A stretch of 12,053 bases of DNA, taken from positions 1-12,053 of the forward strand of contig JAXMNT010000095.1 of the NCBI GenBank assembly GCA_034670305.1. The letters are read 5' to 3'. Below the pieces are notes generated by a model, which saw nothing but the letters and a program-made list of their open reading frames with translations, was not told where the DNA came from and did no database searches. Both the position numbers and the translations under genes were made by a program. Shown here piece by piece: positions 7,368 through 12,053 of the stretch. How positions within the stretch are numbered: the stretch's first letter is position 1; each line of letters begins with the position of its first letter. The DNA is from Deltaproteobacteria bacterium. Lineage in GTDB: Bacteria > Myxococcota_A > Polyangia > Polyangiales > Houyiibacteriaceae.

Positions 7368-8722
7368 CACGCCACCTGCTTTCCGCTGAGAATCGCAGGC
7401 ACATCGACACCGGTCGATTGGGCGAGCGCTTGCATGACCGTCGCGACCATCTGCGGGTAGGTCGCGGCGTAGGCGGCGAGGGCCGAGCCGTCGCCGTTGT
7501 CGAGCACGGTGACCTCGTCGACCGTCACATCGCTGAGCTGCGAGACCACGGTCTCGACGATCTCTTCGAGGTGCTGGATCACGTAGATCTCCTTCGCTTG
7601 CGGACCCATCGCCTTCCAGGCTTCGCCCATCATGGCGAGCACCTGAACCGCGGCGGCGCCGTTCTCAGCCGTCGGTGCGGCTTCACCCACCGACAAGATC
7701 GCGCGGGCTTCGCGCTGGATGTCGGCCGGGATCGTGACCTCGGCCTGCAGACGCTTCTGCTCGAGCTCCGAGCGCATGCGCTGCAGCTCCTTCTCCGCGG
7801 TGGCGCGGGCGGTCTTGGCGGCGGCCTCCGCTTCGCGTTCGACCGACTGTGCCGCACCTTCGAGTTCGGCTTGGACCTGACGCAGTCCGTTGCGCGCTTC
7901 GAGGATCTGAGTCTCGGCGCTCGCTTTCGCGACGTCGGCGCGACGGGAGGCGTCGGCCTGCGCACGCGTGGTCTGCTGGGTGGCGATGTTCTCGGCGTTC
8001 TCGGCGTCGCGAAGCGCACCCGCGATTTGCGGGCGACCGAGCGAGTCGAGGTAGCCGGTGTCGTCGGAGACCGTCTGGATCTTCAGGGTGTCGAGCTGGA
8101 GCCCGAGCTTCGTCAGATCGTCGACCGCGGCGAGCGAGAGCTTCTCCGCGAACGCGAGCCGGTCTTCGTTGACCTGCTCGGGCGTCAGCGTCGCGATGAC
8201 TTCACGCACCGCACCCTCGAGGGTCTGCTGCGCGACCGTCTGGATCTCGTGCAAGCTCCGGCCAAGGAAACGTTCGATCGCGTTCGCGATCGCGCCCGGG
8301 TCGGTATGAATTTTCACGTTCGCGATCGCGTGGATCTGGAGCGGGATGTTGCCCGCCGAGTAGGCGTTCTGCACGACGATGTCGATGGGAAGCAGCCGCA
8401 TGTCCATGCGGTCCACGCGCTGCAGGATCGGGATGCGCATCTTGCGCTCGCCCTGTCGCAGGACGCGGTAGGGCTGGGTGGTGCCGTCGGCCAAGGTGAC
8501 CTTCAGACCACTGAATACGAGCGCTTCGTTCGGGCGCGCGATGTGGACCAGCGAGCGGTAGATCGCCAGCAAGACCAGCACCGCGACGACGGCGCCGAGT
8601 GCGATGAACACGGGCATCCATTCCGGCCCGATGGCATCGAAGAATCCTGGTTCGGGGGTCGGCGGTGCGCCGAAGCCCGGGGCGCCTGGATATGGCTGGC
8701 CCTGTTCGAAAGGTTGTTGCAT
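7367..8722 (-). CDS. Flotillin family (SPFH/band 7) protein, first paralog, about 451 aa
   Basis: ATG 8722 follows AGAGGAAG. Pro/Gly-rich N-tail, TM, then PNEALVFSG, NIPLQIHAIANVKI, LEGAVREVIATLTPEQVNEDR, YLDSLGR and an EA-rich coiled coil. Confidence 0.94.
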   Translation of the reverse strand: MQQPFEQGQPYPGAPGFGAPPTPEPGFFDAIGPEWMPVFIALGAVVAVLVLLAIYRSLVHIARPNEALVFSGLKVTLADGTTQPYRVLRQGERKMRIPILQRVDRMDMRLLPIDIVVQNAYSAGNIPLQIHAIANVKIHTDPGAIANAIERFLGRSLHEIQTVAQQTLEGAVREVIATLTPEQVNEDRLAFAEKLSLAAVDDLTKLGLQLDTLKIQTVSDDTGYLDSLGRPQIAGALRDAENAENIATQQTTRAQADASRRADVAKASAETQILEARNGLRQVQAELEGAAQSVEREAEAAAKTARATAEKELQRMRSELEQKRLQAEVTIPADIQREARAILSVGEAAPTAENGAAAVQVLAMMGEAWKAMGPQAKEIYVIQHLEEIVETVVSQLSDVTVDEVTVLDNGDGSALAAYAATYPQMVATVMQALAQSTGVDVPAILSGKQVA

Positions 8723-8901
8723 GCGGCTCTTCCTCTGTTGGTCCTTGTTTCCGCCCTTCGGAGCCACCGGCCGATCCAGTGTCTCCGAAGTCCGGATGTT
8801 TTTAGCGTTCCCGGTCGTGCTCCGCTCGCGCGACGACGCGCGTTGCGTCGGTCGTGCGTGATGCGGCGTTCGCGTCCGTTCGCGCCCCCACTCACTCGTC
8901 T

Positions 8902-8927
8902 AACAAACCCGCTGCTGAGGCGGGTCT
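8902..8927 (-). terminator. Stem-loop immediately after the NfeD-like stop (terminator, attenuator or RNA-stability hairpin)
   Basis: Minus strand AGACCCGC-ctcagca-GCGGGTTT-GTT, starting 3 nt after the TGA. Confidence 0.5.
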
Positions 8928-8930
8928 AAG

Positions 8931-9536
8931 TCAATCCATCACATCGACCCGTGCGACGCGCGCGCGGGTCCCCTCCATCTCGAGGACGATGACTTCGTCT
9001 TCGGATGTGATTCCTTCTTCGTCCGTGATCGCCAGTACGTCGACGATCTGCCCCTTCACCCGCACGCGTACTTTCCCGAGCCCCCCCGGCGTGACGGGAA
9101 CCATGACCCGCGCTGTCTTTCCGACGAAGTCGTTGGCGTTGGCGGCCTCCGAGTTCTTGTCGTTGGAGAGCGCGCGAATCGTTGCGGCGGCGGTGATGCC
9201 GAGCGCCATGCCCATCCCGATGGACAGGGCGAGGGTGATCCACTCGTTGGCCACCAGACCGAGTCCGTCGAGCGTCAGGCCGGTGAGGCCGAAGAACGCC
9301 AAGAAGAAGGTCCAGAAGCGCATCGACTTGAGGACCCAGAACACGTCGGCGCCTTCGCCAACCGTGAGGTCCTTGTCCATGTCGACGTCGGCGTCGGCAT
9401 CGAGGTCGAGATCCCCATCCACGTCGAGGTCGCCACCGCCGTCGATGTCCGCGTCGTCGTGGCCCCCCAGGAGGATCGACGATCCAACGAGCACGCCCCC
9501 GAACACCAACGCAGCGAGATAGAGATACAGCAGCAC
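8931..9536 (-). CDS. NfeD-like (YuaF/YqiJ-type) membrane protein with C-terminal OB fold, about 201 aa
   Basis: TM1 LLYLYLAALVFGGVLVGSSILLG, an acidic (Dx)n loop, RFWTFFLAFFGLTG, TM3, then FVGKTARVMVPVTPGGLGKVRVRVKGQ...EVIVLEMEGTRARV. Lies upstream of flotillins as is usual. Start GTG 9536 or ATG 9566. Confidence 0.9.
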   Translation of the reverse strand: MLLYLYLAALVFGGVLVGSSILLGGHDDADIDGGGDLDVDGDLDLDADADVDMDKDLTVGEGADVFWVLKSMRFWTFFLAFFGLTGLTLDGLGLVANEWITLALSIGMGMALGITAAATIRALSNDKNSEAANANDFVGKTARVMVPVTPGGLGKVRVRVKGQIVDVLAITDEEGITSEDEVIVLEMEGTRARVARVDVMD

Positions 9537-9586
9537 CGAGCCAGGAAGATAACCACGAAACCTCATGGGAGGAGTAGACGGCCGCC

Positions 9587-9613
9587 GAAATCGGCGCGTG
9601 GGTGGTCGATTTC
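9587..9613. promoter_or_regulatory. Imperfect inverted repeat in the divergent promoter region (candidate operator)
   Basis: GAAATCGGC-N9-GTCGATTTC, with 8 of 9 arm positions complementary. Confidence 0.3.
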
Positions 9614-9660
9614 CGAAGTAGGCCGGGATTCGTAGGTGCGGCTGGCCCAGGGCGCTGGAC

Positions 9661-9677
9661 GTGCCATCGTCAAGACG
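9661..9677 (+). promoter_or_regulatory. Candidate extended -10 (TGcCATCGT) 7 nt before the ATG; leaderless promoter
   Basis: GTGC-CATCGT-caagacg-ATG, same hexamer and spacing as upstream of the VOC gene. Confidence 0.45.
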
Positions 9678-10382
9678 ATGGCGAACCCAGTGCTTTCCCG
9701 CGCCGGCGTCCCCAGCGCCTTCGATCGGGTGGCGCGGCAGTACGACGGACTCGTGGGTGCGAACCCCGGCTACGCGGCGCATCTGGCCAAAAGTGCGGCG
9801 CGGCTCCAACTCGCGCCCCCCGCGGGCCGAGTGCTTGATGTGTGCTGTGGCACAGGCATTTCGACCGGCGCGCTGCGCGCGACGTACCCCGGCGCCACCT
9901 TGGTGGGCCTCGACGGTTCCGAGAAGATGCTGGCGCTGGCCGCCCAGAAGCCAGAGCTGCAGGCGACGTTCGTCCATGGCGACGGACATGATCCCGGGCG
10001 TCTGGTCGAAGGGCCTTTCGACGCGGTGTTTGCGGCCTACGGCGTGCGCAATCTCTCAGATCCGGACCGGTTTCTCGAGAATGTGTTCGAATTGATCCGT
10101 CCGGGCGGACGGCTCGGCATCCACGATTACTGTCTGGATGGAAGCCGGCGCGCCGCGGTGACCTGGAACGCGGTGTCGCTTGGCATCGTGCTTCCGCTTG
10201 GCGTCGCCCGGTCGCGGCATGTCGCGCTGTGGCGTTATCTGCGTCGCAGCGTGTTCGACTTCGATCGGATCGAAGCGCTGCGGCGGCGGGTGCTCCGGGC
10301 AGGGTTTCGCGACGTCGCGGTCGAGACCATGACCGGCTGGCAGCGCGGCATCGTGCACACCCTCGTCGCCACGCGTCCATGA
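9678..10382 (+). CDS. crtT: Class I SAM-dependent methyltransferase, CrtT-like (carotenoid-cluster associated), 234 aa
   Basis: Motif I VLDVCCGTG, LVGLDGSEKML, FDAVFAAYGVRNL and PGGRLGIHDY. The segments AFD...YDGLVGANPGY, LWRYLRRSVFDFD and TMTGWQRGIVHT resemble Streptomyces CrtT as I recall it. Coupled by ATGA to a CrtU-like gene. Methyltransferase call is firm; symbol is less so. Confidence 0.85.
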   Translation: MANPVLSRAGVPSAFDRVARQYDGLVGANPGYAAHLAKSAARLQLAPPAGRVLDVCCGTGISTGALRATYPGATLVGLDGSEKMLALAAQKPELQATFVHGDGHDPGRLVEGPFDAVFAAYGVRNLSDPDRFLENVFELIRPGGRLGIHDYCLDGSRRAAVTWNAVSLGIVLPLGVARSRHVALWRYLRRSVFDFDRIEALRRRVLRAGFRDVAVETMTGWQRGIVHTLVATRP

Positions 10383-11932
10383 CGGTTCGCCGGGTCGCGG
10401 TGGTGGGCGGCGGCCTCGCAGGGTTGGCCGCAGCGACGGTGCTCGCGGAGCAGGGCGTGGAGGTGACGCTCTTCGAACGCGACACGTTCTTGGGGGGCCG
10501 CGCCGGCAGCTGGCCGGACCGACTGGCCGACGGAACCGAGTTCCACATGGAGCGCGGGTTCCACGCGTTCTTCCGCCACTACCACAACCTGCATGCGCTG
10601 ATGGACCGGGTGGGCGCGCGCGATCGGCTCCGTCCGCTCGACGACTACCCAGTGCTCGGACCGGACGGGGCGCGGGAGTCGTTCGCGGGGGTGCCGACGC
10701 GGGTGCCGTTCAACTTCATGGAGATCGTGCGCCGCAGCCCGACGATGGGGCTGCGGGATCTGCTGCGGGTGCGGGTCTCGCGCGCGCTGTTGCTGCTCGG
10801 CTACTCGGACGCGTTGCACACCAGGCTCGACCACCAGACGGCCCAGCGTTTTCTCGATTCGCTCCGGTTCCCGCCGGCCGCGCGCCGCATGCTCTTCGAA
10901 GTGTTCGCGCACTCCTTCTTCAACCCGGAGCACCACTACTCGGCGGGCGAGCTCCTCGCGCAACTGCACTTCTACTTCCTCGGCAACCGAGAGGGACTGA
11001 TCTTCGACTGCCTCGACGAACCCTTCGGCGTCGCCTTCATCGACCCCCTCGCCGCCTACCTCGCCGACCTCGGCGTCGAGGTGCAACGAAGCACCACCGT
11101 CGACGCGATCACCGAGGCCGACCATGGCCGCTGGCGCGTCGCCTTCTCGGCTTCGGAGGGATCGGAGTCGGGGTCGGCATCGGGTTCGGATTCGGCCTCG
11201 GCTTCGGCTTCGGCCTCGGCTTCGGCCTCGGATTCGGATCGGAGGAACCACGGGCACGGGCACGGGCACGGGCGAACCGCACCGTCTTCAGATTCGGCTT
11301 GCTTCGACGCCATCGTCCTCGCGCTCGACGTGCGCGGTCTCCGCCACCTCGCCGCCCGCAGCCCCGCCCTCCACATCGACGAAGCCCCGCTTCGCACCAC
11401 GTGGCCCTTCGTCGTGTGGCGCCAGTGGCTCGACCGACCGGTGCGTGCATCCCGCGCGCCCTTCGTCGGCACCGCCGGGTTCCCACTGCTCGACAACATC
11501 AGCGTCTTCGACAAGCTCGAAGGCGAGAGCGCGCGCTGGGCCGCGCGCACCGGCGGCAGCGTCGTCGAGTTGCACGCGTACGCGGTGCCGCCCTCCACCG
11601 ACGACGCCACCGTCCGCCGCGCCATGCAGCGCGGACTCTTCGAGCTCTACCCGGAGACCCGCCACGCGAAGATCGTCGAAGAGCGGTGGCTCCGCCGCGA
11701 CGACTGCCCGGCGTTTGGTCTCGGCAGCCACGCCCGCTCCGGCGTCGACCACGCGCCCACGGTGAAGTTCGCCGGCGACTGGGTCCGCCTCCCGTTCCCC
11801 TCCGCGCTGATGGAGCGCGCGGTCACGAGCGGCTTCCTCGCCGCGAACCAACTCCTCGGCCGCCCGGCGGAACTCATCCGCCACGTGCCCTCGGAAGGGC
11901 CACTCTCCGGCGTCGGCCGGTACCTCGGCTAG
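10379..11932 (+). CDS. crtU: FAD-dependent oxidoreductase, CrtU-like carotenoid phi-ring (isorenieratene) synthase, 517 aa
   Basis: VAVVGGGLAGLAAA FAD motif, LGGRAGSW, MERGFHAFFRHYHNL, FEVFAHSFF, FYFLGNREGLIFD, GGSVVELHAYA and AGDWVRLPFPSALMERAVTSGFLAAN resemble actinobacterial CrtU. No Rieske insert is visible. Start ATG 10379 overlaps the upstream TGA. Confidence 0.85.
   Translation: MTVRRVAVVGGGLAGLAAATVLAEQGVEVTLFERDTFLGGRAGSWPDRLADGTEFHMERGFHAFFRHYHNLHALMDRVGARDRLRPLDDYPVLGPDGARESFAGVPTRVPFNFMEIVRRSPTMGLRDLLRVRVSRALLLLGYSDALHTRLDHQTAQRFLDSLRFPPAARRMLFEVFAHSFFNPEHHYSAGELLAQLHFYFLGNREGLIFDCLDEPFGVAFIDPLAAYLADLGVEVQRSTTVDAITEADHGRWRVAFSASEGSESGSASGSDSASASASASASASDSDRRNHGHGHGHGRTAPSSDSACFDAIVLALDVRGLRHLAARSPALHIDEAPLRTTWPFVVWRQWLDRPVRASRAPFVGTAGFPLLDNISVFDKLEGESARWAARTGGSVVELHAYAVPPSTDDATVRRAMQRGLFELYPETRHAKIVEERWLRRDDCPAFGLGSHARSGVDHAPTVKFAGDWVRLPFPSALMERAVTSGFLAANQLLGRPAELIRHVPSEGPLSGVGRYLG
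11147..11272 (+). repeat. Composite hexamer repeat in frame within the CrtU-like gene
   Basis: 13 consecutive TCGGNN units at 11162-11239 encoding (Sx)n, then 4 CACGGG units at 11249-11272 encoding (HG)4. Confidence 0.92.
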
Positions 11933-12010
11933 CAGGTTGCTGAAGAACGCCCGCAGGGCGTTCTCGCAGCCTGCCCCTTGCCCCTGCCCTTGCCTTTGCC
12001 CTTGCCCGCG
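11929..12010 (+). repeat. Right copy of CTAG-hairpin-hexamer element (putative MITE/REP-like terminus)
   Basis: CTAGCAGGTTGCTGAAGAACGCCCGCAGGGCGTTCTCGCAGCCTGC then CCCTTG CCCCTG CCCTTG CCTTTG CCCTTG CCCGCG. Outer stem 11932-11940/11966-11974; inner perfect 9-bp stem 11944-11952/11956-11964. The CTAG contains the crtU-like stop. Confidence 0.8.
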
Positions 12011-12012
12011 GA

Positions 12013-12053
12013 TCAGCGGTCAGATCGCTTGATCAGCGCGACGAGCATCGCGA
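12013..12053 (-). CDS. 3' end of a gene running off the window, possibly a four-helix-bundle (23S rRNA IVP/bAvd-like) protein
   Basis: Reads xAMLVALIKRSDR-stop (TGA 12013-12015), resembling the IVAMLxxLI(K/R) final helix of that family. Only 12 full codons are visible. Confidence 0.4.
   Translation of the reverse strand, partial: AMLVALIKRSDR

Noticed and set aside
8780-8815. GGAAC as an ECF sigma -35 element upstream of flotillin 1
   Set aside because: No convincing -10 element at 16-17 nt spacing.
3291-8929. Long plus-strand ORFs (3291..5021, 4475..6145, 5799..7460, 7349..8929)
   Set aside because: Antisense to well-supported genes and without recognisable motifs; long stop-free antisense frames are expected at high GC.
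8898-8930. GTCTAAC matches the integron attC R'' box (RYYYAAC)
   Set aside because: No complementary GTTRRRY box at a suitable distance, wrong orientation relative to the genes, and no integrase or cassette array.
9567-9989. N-terminal extension of the NfeD ORF to 9989
   Set aside because: Overlaps the methyltransferase on the opposite strand; NfeD-like sequence begins at the first TM near 9536.
9678-10382. Methyltransferase as UbiE/MenG
   Set aside because: Shares the fold and the FD..A..YD and YGVRN motifs, but the ANPGY and GWQRGIVHT segments and coupling to a CrtU-like gene fit CrtT better.
11147-11272. Repeats as a CRISPR array (also 4697-4763 and the edge arrays)
   Set aside because: Units are 6-15 bp tandem repeats with no unique spacers, and no cas genes are present.

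Overview
GC-rich window whose gene content (Hanks kinase plus TPR/PEGA cassette, Cys-rich lipoproteins with DAG-type linkers) suggests Myxococcota, probably Polyangia/Sandaracinaceae-like; this taxonomy is inference. Ten complete genes diverge from a 141-bp spacer at 9537-9677. Minus strand: an NfeD-like gene and two flotillin/SPFH genes, then a tightly overlapping cassette of membrane Ser/Thr kinase, TPR+PEGA protein and two uncharacterised lipoproteins, then a VOC/glyoxalase gene. Plus strand: a SAM methyltransferase and an FAD oxidoreductase resembling actinobacterial CrtT and CrtU (aromatic carotenoid synthesis); the CrtU-like gene carries an in-frame low-complexity insert. The most striking non-coding feature is a pair of related elements in inverted orientation at the two window edges (CTAG, then a CAGGTYGCTGAARA hairpin, then six CCCTTG-type hexamers). 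Each begins at the TAG stop of the outermost gene. The right copy abuts what looks like the C-terminus of a four-helix-bundle protein, consistent with the termini of a MITE-like element. Family assignments are by motif recognition only; no searches were run.
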